A stretch of DNA of 64,000 bases, from the NCBI GenBank assembly GCA_963753595.1, contig CAVWCX010000023.1:1-64000 (forward strand), in the 5' to 3' direction. The translations under genes and the position numbers were made by a program. This DNA is from Candidatus Methanoperedenaceae archaeon (GTDB lineage Archaea; Halobacteriota; Methanosarcinia; Methanosarcinales; Methanoperedenaceae). The notes below the pieces were generated by a model, which was given only the letters and a program-made list of their open reading frames with translations, did not search any database and had not been told where the DNA came from. Of the stretch, positions 8,962-19,112 are shown piece by piece; position 1 is the stretch's first letter, and every line of letters starts with the position of its first letter.

Positions 8962-10872
8962 TTACTTAATAATTTGAACTACTTCTCCAGTCCTTTCGTA
9001 TGCCCTGAGCCCCGAAGGCAAATTATCGCCGAGTTTTTGCGATCTTAGCCCTTCAAGGAGTTTCTTGATATCTTCATTTTCCATAAGACTTTTCCTGATC
9101 ACAAAATCATATTCCTCATCAGCTATTTTTATGAATTTTAAACCATTCAGTTCTGCAACGGTACGAATTCCTACCCCGACATCCGCTTTACCCAACTTTA
9201 CCGCAGCAGCGACCGCACTATGGGTTTTTGCTTCAGTATGATAACCTTTTATTGCATCAGCGAGTTCTTCGAATGATATTTCACGTTGCTTTGCGACCTC
9301 CTTCAGTTTAAGATCGGTCATTACCCTTGTTCCCGAACCAGTATTCCTGTTAATGAACCTGACATTGATCAAATCCTCAAATTCCTTTATTTTGCTGTCC
9401 TTTCGTATTATCAAGCCCTGTTCTCTCAGGTATCCTTTTACAAGAACCGCGTCAAAAAGCCCGAATCTTTCAAGAAACGGGATGTTATAGACACCGGATC
9501 CATCAAGCAGATGAACTCCTGCTATATCAGCAATACCATTTTTGATCGCCCTTATTCCCCCGGATGAACCCACATTTATTATCCGCATTTTAAGCCCTGT
9601 TATGTCCGCGAGCGTATCAAGGCCAAGACACTGGCTGCCGACAAAGAATATGTCCGGATTATCAAGTTCCCCATACAATGTGACTTCAACATCGTCACCT
9701 GCTTCTATCATCTCAACTGTTGGCGGGATCTCTATGAAACCATCAGCTTCGGAAAGCGTTGTAATAGCACCCGACCCTTTTTCGATAGGATAAGCGATAC
9801 CCCTGATAAGACCCACAGGAAGAAGCTGGCTTCTGCCATCTGAACGTATCCTTATAGCCATTCTTGCATGTGTTTTATTATTTATACTTGTTTTTCCGGC
9901 CATTTTCCTGATCAAAGGTGCCACAAATTCATTGAAAATCGTAAGGGATGAGGCTGGATATCCAGGAAGCCCAATAGCAGGTTTTCCAAAAATTTTCCCG
10001 ATAATTGCAGGTTTTCCCGGTTTTATATCGATCCCGTGGGCAAGGACAACCCCGTTTTCTTCAATTATCCTGTACATAACATCGCCAGAACCAGCGGACG
10101 TGCTTCCTGACGTGAGAATGAGATCACAGCTTTTTGATAGTTCATTTAATGCTCTTTTAATGTCCGTCTCATCATCCCGGACATTTTTATAACGGACAGG
10201 AGTGCCTCCGCACTCACTGACTGCGCATGAAAGCGAGAATGAATTTACGTCATATATCTCTCCTGCCTCAAGCTGGCTGCCTGGCTCTCTTAGCTCATTT
10301 CCTGTTGAGATTATTCCCACAGTAAGCCGTAAGACCATTATTTTTGTTTTCCCGATCGCGCAAAGTACCCCGATTTCCCGGGCACCAAGATATTTCCCTT
10401 TTTTTAGAACCCTCTCCCCGGCCATTATATCCGAGCCTGCCTGCATTACATTTTCATTAATGGAGACCGGCCGCTGGATAAAAACATCTTTATCTAAATG
10501 TGTGTACTCAACCATCACAACTGCATCCGCTCCTTCCGGCATTACCGCACCAGTTGCGATCTCAGCGGCCTCACCCTTTCTAAGAAAAATACCGGGATCT
10601 ATTCCTGCCGGGATAGATCCAACGATTTTAAGCCGGATCGGCCTCTCCTCGCGCGCAGCGTAAGTATCAGATGCATAAACCGCATAACCATCCATCGACG
10701 CCCTGGTAAAAGGAGGAACATCCACCTCGGAAACAACATCCATTGCAAGGATATGCCCCAAAGCGTCTTCAATATCCACTTCGAATGATCGCGGTTCAAT
10801 ATCAAGGCTGTTGATGAGCCGTCTTGCTTCATCACGTGTTACAAGTTTCCTGAATTCTTTTCTCACATGCAT
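8962..10872 (-). CDS. moeA: Molybdopterin molybdotransferase MoeA fused to a periplasmic-binding-protein-like domain
   Basis: PPFTRASMDGYAV, IATGA.MP.GADAV, STGNEL, KPGKP and GLPGYP motifs; C-terminal NR..GSGTR domain; start trimmed to 10872. Confidence 0.92.
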   Translation of the reverse strand: MHVRKEFRKLVTRDEARRLINSLDIEPRSFEVDIEDALGHILAMDVVSEVDVPPFTRASMDGYAVYASDTYAAREERPIRLKIVGSIPAGIDPGIFLRKGEAAEIATGAVMPEGADAVVMVEYTHLDKDVFIQRPVSINENVMQAGSDIMAGERVLKKGKYLGAREIGVLCAIGKTKIMVLRLTVGIISTGNELREPGSQLEAGEIYDVNSFSLSCAVSECGGTPVRYKNVRDDETDIKRALNELSKSCDLILTSGSTSAGSGDVMYRIIEENGVVLAHGIDIKPGKPAIIGKIFGKPAIGLPGYPASSLTIFNEFVAPLIRKMAGKTSINNKTHARMAIRIRSDGRSQLLPVGLIRGIAYPIEKGSGAITTLSEADGFIEIPPTVEMIEAGDDVEVTLYGELDNPDIFFVGSQCLGLDTLADITGLKMRIINVGSSGGIRAIKNGIADIAGVHLLDGSGVYNIPFLERFGLFDAVLVKGYLREQGLIIRKDSKIKEFEDLINVRFINRNTGSGTRVMTDLKLKEVAKQREISFEELADAIKGYHTEAKTHSAVAAAVKLGKADVGVGIRTVAELNGLKFIKIADEEYDFVIRKSLMENEDIKKLLEGLRSQKLGDNLPSGLRAYERTGEVVQIIK

Positions 10873-10963
10873 TATCATGAATCTTATAGTTAAATCGTTT
10901 TCCGGAATTCTTTGAAAAACATTTAGATATTTTTTTGTACAACTTATACATTTATAATAATAT

Positions 10964-11725
10964 ATGTCAAGTGTAACCTTTCTCGGAACCGGGGGTGGAA
11001 GGATGGTCGTTCTTAACCAGTTGCGAAAAAGCGGAGGGTTCTGGCTAAAACTTGATGGCCTGAATATCCTGCATGATCCAGGTCCCGGTTCCCTCGTAAT
11101 GATGCACCAGCTTGGCCTTAAACCAAAAGATCTTGATGCGATCATTCTATCCCATAGGCATATAGACCATTCTAATGATGTGAATGTTATCACAGAAGCA
11201 ATGACTGGTGGAGGATTTACTCCAAAAGGACACTTAATAGCCCCTTCTGATTGCTTTAATTCTGACCCGGTCATACTCCAATATGTCAGGCCGTTTGTTG
11301 AAATAACTGAAATAATAAAGGGAATGGAAATAACCCTTAAGGATATCAGGCTGAAGTTCCCTGTCCAAAATATGCATCCTGTGGAAACTTACGGGGTCAT
11401 TTACACATTCAGATCCAGGCGGCTGGGATATATTCCCGATACAGAATATTTTCCCGGGCTGGTAGATGCATATGCGGGCGTGGATTACCTGATACTTAAT
11501 GTTGTGCGTATGAAAACTGATAAAAGGATCCGTCACCTGAACATAGATGAGGCAGCAGAGTTGATCGATAAGATAAGACCGCAAAAGGCCATATTGACCC
11601 ATTTTGGTTTACAGATATTGAAATCATCACCTGAGCACCAGGCAAGGCTCATCTCAAATAAAACCGGTGTGGAAGTGATTGCTGCCCAGGATGGCATGAC
11701 AGTGAATTTTGAGGGTAATGTTTAA
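10964..11725 (+). CDS. MBL-fold metallohydrolase
   Basis: FLGTGGG, DPGPG, SHRHIDH and LTHFG motifs. Confidence 0.9.
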   Translation: MSSVTFLGTGGGRMVVLNQLRKSGGFWLKLDGLNILHDPGPGSLVMMHQLGLKPKDLDAIILSHRHIDHSNDVNVITEAMTGGGFTPKGHLIAPSDCFNSDPVILQYVRPFVEITEIIKGMEITLKDIRLKFPVQNMHPVETYGVIYTFRSRRLGYIPDTEYFPGLVDAYAGVDYLILNVVRMKTDKRIRHLNIDEAAELIDKIRPQKAILTHFGLQILKSSPEHQARLISNKTGVEVIAAQDGMTVNFEGNV

Positions 11726-11754
11726 TGCTATTCATGTGCTAAAACACAAATATT

Positions 11755-12504
11755 ATGCCGAAGAAGGATATTACTGCTGAATTAAGAACTGCCCTATATG
11801 GCAGGAGCAGTGTTTTTATGGGCTCCCTGGAGGCACCCACTGAGCGCATTGTGTACCATATTTTGTATGAAACGATCCGCGCGGGAAAAACCGTTATATG
11901 GATATGCCTGAGGGACACACCAAATACAATATTTTCCAAGTTTTCATCTTATGAGCTTTCCCTGGCAGGATCGATTGAGAATGTGTGGTTTGTGGATGCC
12001 ACCATGACCGGAGACAAAACAAAAACGCAGCAGACCTCCCGGTGCAATCCCATGGATTATACATGCATAATCCTGGAGGTGGTCAAATTGCTGAAAAAAT
12101 ATCCCGCATCCCTGGTTATGCTTGACAACATCGGCATTCTGGCGGCGCTTGATCGTGTGGATGTTATTGTACGTCCCCTGAAATACCTGGATACAAGAAC
12201 ACGGGCTGAAGGGGGAGGACTTGTGACAATGCTGGCAAGTAAAGCATTACCGGGAAGCATTGAATCTGAACTTCTTGGGCTTATCGATGTGATCATCAGG
12301 GTTGATGAAGAGAAAATCCATGCGCAAATGGGAAGCAAAGAATTGAGCCTCCCCTTTTGTTTCACGGGCAGCGAGATGATCCTTGGCAGCGTTGATGCGG
12401 ATAAAGATTTACGGGAATTATTCAGCCTGACCCCTGAAGAAAAGAAAAAGCTGGAACTTGAAGTAGAGGAGAAAGCCCAACTTTACGGGGAACAAAAGGA
12501 TTGA
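11755..12504 (+). CDS. Degenerate KaiC/RAD55-like RecA-fold protein
   Basis: RecA-like strand pattern (VIWICL, WFVDA, LVMLDNI, LIDVII) without an intact Walker A. Confidence 0.55.
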   Translation: MPKKDITAELRTALYGRSSVFMGSLEAPTERIVYHILYETIRAGKTVIWICLRDTPNTIFSKFSSYELSLAGSIENVWFVDATMTGDKTKTQQTSRCNPMDYTCIILEVVKLLKKYPASLVMLDNIGILAALDRVDVIVRPLKYLDTRTRAEGGGLVTMLASKALPGSIESELLGLIDVIIRVDEEKIHAQMGSKELSLPFCFTGSEMILGSVDADKDLRELFSLTPEEKKKLELEVEEKAQLYGEQKD

Positions 12505-13223
12505 TTGATCCGTTCCCAGAGTTCTGCTATCTGTTTACTGTATTCCGAATTAGGATAAGCATGCACCATGATCTTTCTTGACCACGCACCTGCCATCGCT
12601 TCATCATAAAGTATGACTCCGATAGGCTCAAGACCCAGTTTCCTGCTCAGCTCTTCCAATGTTTCTTTTGAAGCTTCATATTTATTTTTAGGAAGCTTAT
12701 TGAACAGTATCCGCGGCCTGGATTTCAAACGCTGGGCAACTCCTGAAATAACATAAGTTCCCCGGATATCCTGTTTATCCAGTGTACATACCACGATGCT
12801 GATCTGCGTCGTACCCATGATAAGGAGGCTTGACCTGTTAAGTCCGGGACTGCAATCAAATATTATATGGTCGGGATTATACCTGGATTGGAAATCCCGC
12901 ATTAAAGCCTGGAGCTTTTCTTTTGCCTGCGCCGGGTCTTTTGAGTAGCTCACAATATCTTCTTCAGTGGCATCTGATGGGATGATATAAAGCTCCCCCT
13001 CACCTCTCTTGTACACGATATCTTCAAGGGCCGCCCTGTCCTGGAGGTAATCTACTAATGTCTTTTTGGTCTTCAAGCTAAAAAGTGCATGAATGCCGGG
13101 GCCTGAAAAATCAGTGTCAACCAGTCCGACTTTGTAACCCTTGCTGGCAAGATAGCAGGCAAGGTTTCCTGATATATTTGTCTTGCCGGTTCCGCCTTTA
13201 TAAGAATGAAAGCTTATCCACAT
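12483..13223 (-). CDS. MinD/ParA family ATPase
   Basis: Deviant Walker A SYKGGTGKT; VDTD; IFDCSPG; ILFNK. Confidence 0.9.
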   Translation of the reverse strand: MWISFHSYKGGTGKTNISGNLACYLASKGYKVGLVDTDFSGPGIHALFSLKTKKTLVDYLQDRAALEDIVYKRGEGELYIIPSDATEEDIVSYSKDPAQAKEKLQALMRDFQSRYNPDHIIFDCSPGLNRSSLLIMGTTQISIVVCTLDKQDIRGTYVISGVAQRLKSRPRILFNKLPKNKYEASKETLEELSRKLGLEPIGVILYDEAMAGAWSRKIMVHAYPNSEYSKQIAELWERINQSFCSP

Positions 13224-13258
13224 TTCTCCACCTTAAATAAATAATTACAAACATAATA

Positions 13259-13663
13259 TTAATCCAGTATCTTTTCAAGTTTCTTATCCAATTCCTCTAT
13301 TGACCCGATCAATTCAGGAGACTCTTCCTCTTTCTTTTTTCGTGATGAGTAGTATACTTTTTTTCCGACCCTTTCACGCTTTAACCAGCCCGCCCTGAAA
13401 AGTTCGTTAAGGTATTTATTTTCTATTGACCTGTGGCGGCCTGTCCGAATACAGACTTCGTCCGCAGTGGCTTTTGATAATTCTGATACTGCAAAAAGGG
13501 ATTTTCTTAAACTGTCAGGAATTGTGAGGTATAAAGCGATCTGGTCTTCTACAACCGGGTGAAGGCGCGATTCGATCTCTCCTACCCTTCGTTCGAGTGA
13601 CTGAAGCCTTTTCTCAAAGACCTTCATATAATCATTTGAGTCAGTTTCCATATTTGAATTCAT
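13259..13663 (-). CDS. Coiled-coil plus winged-HTH DNA-binding protein
   Basis: KRLQSLERRVGEIESRL coiled coil; ATADEV...TGRHRSIENKYLNEL...G...RERVGKKVYY wHTH. Confidence 0.75.
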   Translation of the reverse strand: MNSNMETDSNDYMKVFEKRLQSLERRVGEIESRLHPVVEDQIALYLTIPDSLRKSLFAVSELSKATADEVCIRTGRHRSIENKYLNELFRAGWLKRERVGKKVYYSSRKKKEEESPELIGSIEELDKKLEKILD

Positions 13664-13716
13664 ATTATCTCCAGTGCACATGTGCAATCGCAGAATTTAA
13701 AACGTAATGAGCAATA

Positions 13717-13742
13717 TTTGCACACTATATATAGTGTGCAAA
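13717..13742. promoter_or_regulatory. Perfect 26-bp palindrome, probable protein-binding site
   Basis: TTTGCACACTATATATAGTGTGCAAA; related TGCACATGTGCA at 13675-13686. Confidence 0.65.
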
Positions 13743-13849
13743 CACCTATATATATCTAATCAATGTGTTGTGAAGGTAACTAAAAAATGCTAATGCAAAT
13801 GTTATTTTTTTGCACAAAATTTAAATAGCGGCATGGACATATTATGTAA

Positions 13850-13935
13850 TTGTGAGGAAGTTGCACAATAACGCCTCTTCATCCGCCCTCCATTTTGCAA
13901 CTTCCCTCAATCTTACTCACCCTCAATCTTATTCA
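13850..13935 (+). ncRNA. Candidate small RNA or structured leader
   Basis: TTTAAATA at 13820-13827; stem 13853-13865/13896-13909; C-rich loop; two direct repeats CCCTCAATCTTA. Confidence 0.4.
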
Positions 13936-13975
13936 TTAAAAAAGCTATATCCCATTAAACAAATATGACTTCTAT

Positions 13976-14683
13976 ATGGTAAACATCGGGCTTATCGCAC
14001 CTACTCCCTTGGAATCTATAGATTTAAGGTGCAAGATCAAACCTTCACCTTATGAAGAACAGGGAGTAATTTCGAAGGGGTTTTTGCACGGGAATCCTGT
14101 TGTTTTTTCCCATTGCGGTGCAGGTAAAGTGAATGCGGCGCACTCTACAACCCTTATACTTGAAAATAACGAAATAGATTTCCTGGTACTTTTCGGTATT
14201 GCTGGCGCTTATTCCAATGCGCTTGTCGGCGATGTGGTGATCGCACAGAGTGAGAATTACGGGGAGGAAGGAGTAATGACCACAAAGGGATGGGAATCCA
14301 TGGATTTCACAGGTTTTGCACTTTTGAATACGGAGGTCGAATATTTCAATACTTTCCCGATGGACCGAAAATTATTGCGGTTGGCAATAAATGCTTCAAA
14401 AGACATTGGATTGAACACACATACAGGTCATTTCATAACAGTATCCCAGTGCTCAGGAACACGCATTAGCGGTGAAATCATGCAAAAGAGGTTTAATGGC
14501 TTATGTGAAAACATGGAAGGTGCGGCTGTAGCCCATATTTGTGCCAGGTACGGAGTTCCTGTGATCGAGATCAGGGGAATAAGTAATTTAATTGAGGACA
14601 GGGATTTGAAAAAATGGAACATACCTCTGGCAGTATCGAATTGTAATAAAGTAGTAAATGAACTGGTCAGGAGGCTGGAATGA
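13976..14683 (+). CDS. mqnB: Futalosine hydrolase
   Basis: PNP/MTAN fold (GAGKVNAA, FGIAGAY, ENMEGAA, EIRGISN); overlaps mqnD by ATGA. Confidence 0.88.
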   Translation: MVNIGLIAPTPLESIDLRCKIKPSPYEEQGVISKGFLHGNPVVFSHCGAGKVNAAHSTTLILENNEIDFLVLFGIAGAYSNALVGDVVIAQSENYGEEGVMTTKGWESMDFTGFALLNTEVEYFNTFPMDRKLLRLAINASKDIGLNTHTGHFITVSQCSGTRISGEIMQKRFNGLCENMEGAAVAHICARYGVPVIEIRGISNLIEDRDLKKWNIPLAVSNCNKVVNELVRRLE

Positions 14684-15504
14684 AGATCTCTCTGGGTTAT
14701 TCGCCATGCCCCAATGACACATTTATTTTCTATGCCCTGACCCATAACAAGCTGACTTGCGATCTTGTATTCAGGGAGACCTTAAATGATGTGGAAACCC
14801 TTAACCGACTGGCTTTGGAGAAAAAATCTGATGTAACAAAAGCTTCATTCCATGGATTTGGTTTCTTAAGGGAACATTATTGTCTCCTGCATTCGGGAAG
14901 CGCACTCGGTAGAGGTTGTGGGCCTTTGATAGTGGCCAGGAAAGGAATAGATCAACATGACCTTTGTTCTAAAAAAATTGCCATTCCCGGAAAGATGACC
15001 ACTGCTTACCTGTTACTTCAAATGTTCGCTCCATGTGCAAAAAATATTGTTGAAATGCCTTTTGACAGGATCATGAATGCTGTCAGCATGGGTACCGTTG
15101 ATGCGGGTTTGATCATCCATGAGAGCCGTTTCACTTATCCTGAATATGATCTTGTAAAGATAATAGACCTGGGTGAATGGTGGGAAAATGAAACCGGCTT
15201 ACCAATCCCGCTTGGAGGAATTCTTGCAAGAAGAGACCTGGGTGCGACTGTGATCGGTAAAATCGATGGGCTCATCAGGCAGAGTCTGGAATACGCATTC
15301 GATCATCCTGAAGAAACAGTGGAATATATCAAAAAGAATGCCCAGGAGCTTGACGACGAGGTAATAGGACAACACATCAGGCTATATGTAAATGATTATA
15401 CGCGGGATTTAGGAAACGGTATCGCAGCAGTAGAAAAACTGCTGAAAACCGCGGAGGAATTAAATCTTATTCCAATTTCTGAAAAGCCAATTTTCATTGA
15501 TTGA
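14680..15504 (+). CDS. mqnD: 1,4-dihydroxy-6-naphthoate synthase
   Basis: GYSPCPNDTFIF, GSALGRGCGPL, IIHESRFTY and PIPLGGI motifs. Confidence 0.93.
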   Translation: MKISLGYSPCPNDTFIFYALTHNKLTCDLVFRETLNDVETLNRLALEKKSDVTKASFHGFGFLREHYCLLHSGSALGRGCGPLIVARKGIDQHDLCSKKIAIPGKMTTAYLLLQMFAPCAKNIVEMPFDRIMNAVSMGTVDAGLIIHESRFTYPEYDLVKIIDLGEWWENETGLPIPLGGILARRDLGATVIGKIDGLIRQSLEYAFDHPEETVEYIKKNAQELDDEVIGQHIRLYVNDYTRDLGNGIAAVEKLLKTAEELNLIPISEKPIFID

Positions 15505-15551
15505 AAATTAAATGTAGGGTCTTGAAATTAAAAATAATTATATATTTTATA

Positions 15552-15869
15552 TTACAGGAAATTCTTTATCAGATCGTCACTTGACTGCCTGTTGTTGCCA
15601 TCGTTTATTTTGATAATTTTCTGTGCTTTCCTTTTTGCCGGGGGGCAGCCTGAACATTCATATATGAAATGGATAAAACCCGTTTCCGGGTTCTCAACTG
15701 TATTTTTATGTTCATATTCTGTGTTGCAGTCTGAACATATTCCGACCAGCGGAACTATTTCATTACAATGCTGGCATTTTCGAACAATTACATTTATCAC
15801 TTCATTCTTTGTATTGATCGCAGATAATGAATATTCGTCATCGGACTTGATTTTGATTTCTGAAGCCAT
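15552..15869 (-). CDS. Small Cys-rich (zinc-finger-like) protein
   Basis: Three CxxC motifs (CQHC, CSDC, CSGC); start placed at ATG 15869. Confidence 0.55.
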   Translation of the reverse strand: MASEIKIKSDDEYSLSAINTKNEVINVIVRKCQHCNEIVPLVGICSDCNTEYEHKNTVENPETGFIHFIYECSGCPPAKRKAQKIIKINDGNNRQSSDDLIKNFL

Positions 15870-16199
15870 ATTCCATTTCAACTTAATAATAACAGGATAT
15901 ATTAAAACTTTACGGGTTTTTTGCGATAATTCCAAAATCATGCAAAACGGAAGATTTATTTTTACTGACGTTATAATAAACATAGAGGTGAAATATTTTG
16001 ACTGAATTATTTACATCTAAAATAGATTATCTACGCGCTATTGAAAAAGGTTGCTTGCATTGTGGGGACAAACACCAACCGGATTGCCCTGTGGGGATGG
16101 CAAAAGCGAAAATCAGCTGTACCAACGATTTATTAACCGAATTTTACAAACGTAAATAAACCAAAACCTATTATATTCCTGAAGCTATAAGAGCATCCT

Positions 16200-16805
16200 G
16201 TGACCAAATTAGCAGTGCTTGTGTCAGGAAGAGGTTCAAACCTACAGGCCATCATTGATAGTATTGAAAATGGCTATCTGAAAGCCCGGATTTCTGTTGT
16301 GGTAAGCGATATTGGAGATGCTTACGCACTGGAACGCGCCAGGAAACATGGAATAAATGCTGTTCATGTAGATCCGAAGAAATCCGGATCAAAGGACTTA
16401 TACGAGGAAGAAGTCCTGAGAGTTTTGAAAGATCATAATGTTCAACTTGTGCTTCTTGCGGGGTACATGAAAATCCTTGGAAAACCATTACTTGCCGCAT
16501 ATAAGAACCGCATTCTCAACATTCATCCGGCACTTCTACCTGCTTTCCCCGGACTTCATGCACAGGAACAGGCATTCAGGTATGGTGTAAAAGTTGCGGG
16601 ATGCACAGTTCATTTTGTGGATGAGGAACTTGATGGCGGGCCCATAATACTGCAAAAATGCGTGGAAGTTAAAGAAGACGATACAGACCAGACTCTTGCA
16701 GAAAGGATACTTGAGCATGAGCACAAGATTTATCCCGAAGCGGTTAAATTGTTCGTCGAAAACAGGCTGCATCTTGAAGGACGGAAAGTGAAAATCACAA
16801 GATAG
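16200..16805 (+). CDS. purN: Phosphoribosylglycinamide formyltransferase
   Basis: SGRGSNLQA, LAGYM, NIHPALLP and HFVDEELDGGPII motifs. Confidence 0.96.
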   Translation: MTKLAVLVSGRGSNLQAIIDSIENGYLKARISVVVSDIGDAYALERARKHGINAVHVDPKKSGSKDLYEEEVLRVLKDHNVQLVLLAGYMKILGKPLLAAYKNRILNIHPALLPAFPGLHAQEQAFRYGVKVAGCTVHFVDEELDGGPIILQKCVEVKEDDTDQTLAERILEHEHKIYPEAVKLFVENRLHLEGRKVKITR

Positions 16806-16864
16806 TCAGAAGATAAATCATACAATAGATCATAAAATAACAGAACAACTTAAGAGGAATTATT

Positions 16865-18100
16865 ATGCCGTTAAAAACAATAGACCCTGAAATTTATGAA
16901 GTAATGAGACATGAAATTGAAAGGCAAAGAACCAAACTGAACCTGATAGCCTCTGAGAACTATGCAAGTCGCGCAGTCCTGCAGGCACAGGGCTCAGTAA
17001 TGACAAATAAATATGCTGAAGGTTATCCGGGGAAAAGATATTATGGGGGATGCGAGTTCGTAGATGCCGCAGAGAACCTTGCAATAGACAGGGCAAAGAA
17101 ACTATTCAAGGCAGAACATATCAATGTACAACCGCATTCAGGGTCGTCAGCGAACATGGCAGTTTATTTTGCAATGCTCAAGTACGGGGATACGATTATG
17201 AGTATGGATCTATCGCACGGGGGGCATCTTTCGCATGGGAGTCCTGTGAATTTTTCAGGAAAATTGTTTAAGATAGTTCCGTATGGTGTTTCAAGAGAGA
17301 CAAAAACGATAGATTACGATGAATTATCAAAAATCGCAAGAGAAAATAAACCAAAGATCATCGTTGCAGGAGCAAGCGCATATCCTCGTGAACTTGATTT
17401 CAAACGGTTCAGGGAAATTGCCGATGAGGCAGGAGCGATGTTGCTTTCAGATATTGCGCATATTGCAGGATTAGTTGTCGCAGGAGAGCATTGCTCCCCT
17501 GTCCCATATTCGGATTTTGTAACAACGACAACACATAAGACCTTGCGGGGGCCGCGCGGCGGAATGATAATGTGCAGGGAAGAATATGCAAAAGAAATAG
17601 ATAAGAATGTTTTCCCCGGTATCCAGGGGGGGCCTCTTATGCATGTTATAGCAGCAAAAGCAGTGGCATTTAAAGAAGCGATGAGCAAGGAATTCAATGA
17701 TTACCAGAGGCAAATCGTGAAAAATGCAAAAAAAGTTGCAAGTGAACTGATGATGCGGGGCAATGAGCTTGTGTCAGGCGGCACGGATAACCATCTCATG
17801 CTTGTTGACTTGAACCCGATCGGCATAACAGGCAAGGAAGCTGAAGCAAAACTGCAGGAAGCCGGAATAATATTGAATAAAAATACAATCCCGTTTGAGA
17901 CAAAAAGCCCGTTCATCACAAGCGGCATCCGGATAGGCACGCCGGCCGCAACTACGCGGGGAATGAAGGAACAAGAAATGATAATTATTGCCGAGGCAGT
18001 AGATGAGGTCATCCGGAACACCAATGATGTAAATAAGATCAAGGAAGTTAAGAGAAATATTCTTGAATTGTGTAACCAGTTCCCGATCCCATACGAGTGA
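16865..18100 (+). CDS. glyA: Serine hydroxymethyltransferase (bacterial-like)
   Basis: [21 protein letters not shown] and [13 protein letters not shown] motifs. Confidence 0.97.
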   Translation: MPLKTIDPEIYEVMRHEIERQRTKLNLIASENYASRAVLQAQGSVMTNKYAEGYPGKRYYGGCEFVDAAENLAIDRAKKLFKAEHINVQPHSGSSANMAVYFAMLKYGDTIMSMDLSHGGHLSHGSPVNFSGKLFKIVPYGVSRETKTIDYDELSKIARENKPKIIVAGASAYPRELDFKRFREIADEAGAMLLSDIAHIAGLVVAGEHCSPVPYSDFVTTTTHKTLRGPRGGMIMCREEYAKEIDKNVFPGIQGGPLMHVIAAKAVAFKEAMSKEFNDYQRQIVKNAKKVASELMMRGNELVSGGTDNHLMLVDLNPIGITGKEAEAKLQEAGIILNKNTIPFETKSPFITSGIRIGTPAATTRGMKEQEMIIIAEAVDEVIRNTNDVNKIKEVKRNILELCNQFPIPYE

Positions 18101-18993
18101 GGTCATTAATGGAGCCGCTTCCCGAGGTTACAGACCCCAGAGTAATAGATGGGAGAAAAATAGCACAGGATATTGAAGCTAAAGTAAAGAACGAAGTTGA
18201 GATATTTGTAAAAGAGCATGGCATAAAGCCAGCTCTTGCAACGATTCTTGTAGGGGAACATCCCCCTTCAAAATTGTATGTAAAACTAAAACACTGGGCT
18301 GCAAAACGTGTAGGTATTATATCTGAAGACCATAAATTTCCCCAGGAAACAAAACAGGATGATATTATCGACCTAATCGAGACCTTGAACAGGCGCCCTG
18401 AGATACACGGGATTCTCGTACAGCTGCCTTTACCCAAACATATCGACGAACGTGCAGTGATGATGAAAATAGCGCCAGATAAGGATGTGGATGGTTTCAA
18501 TCCGCTAAATATGGGTAAAATGTTAATCGGGAGCGAAGGTTTTGTTCCCTGTACTCCAAAAGGGATCATAAGGGCGCTTTTTGAACATAATATCGACCCG
18601 AAAGGCATGGAAGTTGTTGTTGTCGGGCACAGCAATGTTGTGGGAAAGCCTGCTGCGATCATGCTTTTAAACCGAAATGCAACAGTGAAGATATGTCATG
18701 TTTTTTCAAAGGATCTTAAGAGCCAGACACAAAAAGCCGATATACTTATTGTGGCAACAGGTGTGCGGGGATTGATCAAAGCTGATATGGTCAAGGAAGG
18801 TGCGATCGTTTTTGATGTAGGTATTACCTGGCAGGATGAGAAAGTCTATGGAGATGTGGATTTTGAAGATGTTTTACCAAAGGTTAAATTGATCTCGCCT
18901 GTTCCGGGAGGCGTGGGTCCCATGACGATAGCCATCCTTATGGAGCATACGCTGGAGGCAGCGAAGATCCAGAGCGAAAAGAAAATCAATTAA
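18097..18993 (+). CDS. folD: Methylene-THF dehydrogenase/cyclohydrolase
   Basis: [18 protein letters not shown] and [10 protein letters not shown] motifs. Confidence 0.96.
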   Translation: MRSLMEPLPEVTDPRVIDGRKIAQDIEAKVKNEVEIFVKEHGIKPALATILVGEHPPSKLYVKLKHWAAKRVGIISEDHKFPQETKQDDIIDLIETLNRRPEIHGILVQLPLPKHIDERAVMMKIAPDKDVDGFNPLNMGKMLIGSEGFVPCTPKGIIRALFEHNIDPKGMEVVVVGHSNVVGKPAAIMLLNRNATVKICHVFSKDLKSQTQKADILIVATGVRGLIKADMVKEGAIVFDVGITWQDEKVYGDVDFEDVLPKVKLISPVPGGVGPMTIAILMEHTLEAAKIQSEKKIN

Positions 18994-19112
18994 TAAAAAA
19001 AATATGGGAGCAGGTTCAACGTATCATAATTATGGTTTTCATTATATCCTGCTTCATATACTGAAAGTAAACTTTAATATAATATGGATCAATGTTTATC
19101 TAAGGTGTTAAT

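Noticed and set aside
10873-11274. 134-aa N-terminal extension of MoeA in the ORF track
   Set aside because: It overlaps the divergent MBL hydrolase gene and the shared promoter. The MoeA-like sequence starts at 10872.
16040-16200. ZTP or THF riboswitch upstream of purN
   Set aside because: The conserved ZTP-type GCCUGGG 3' segment is missing, and the element lies upstream of the probable promoter.
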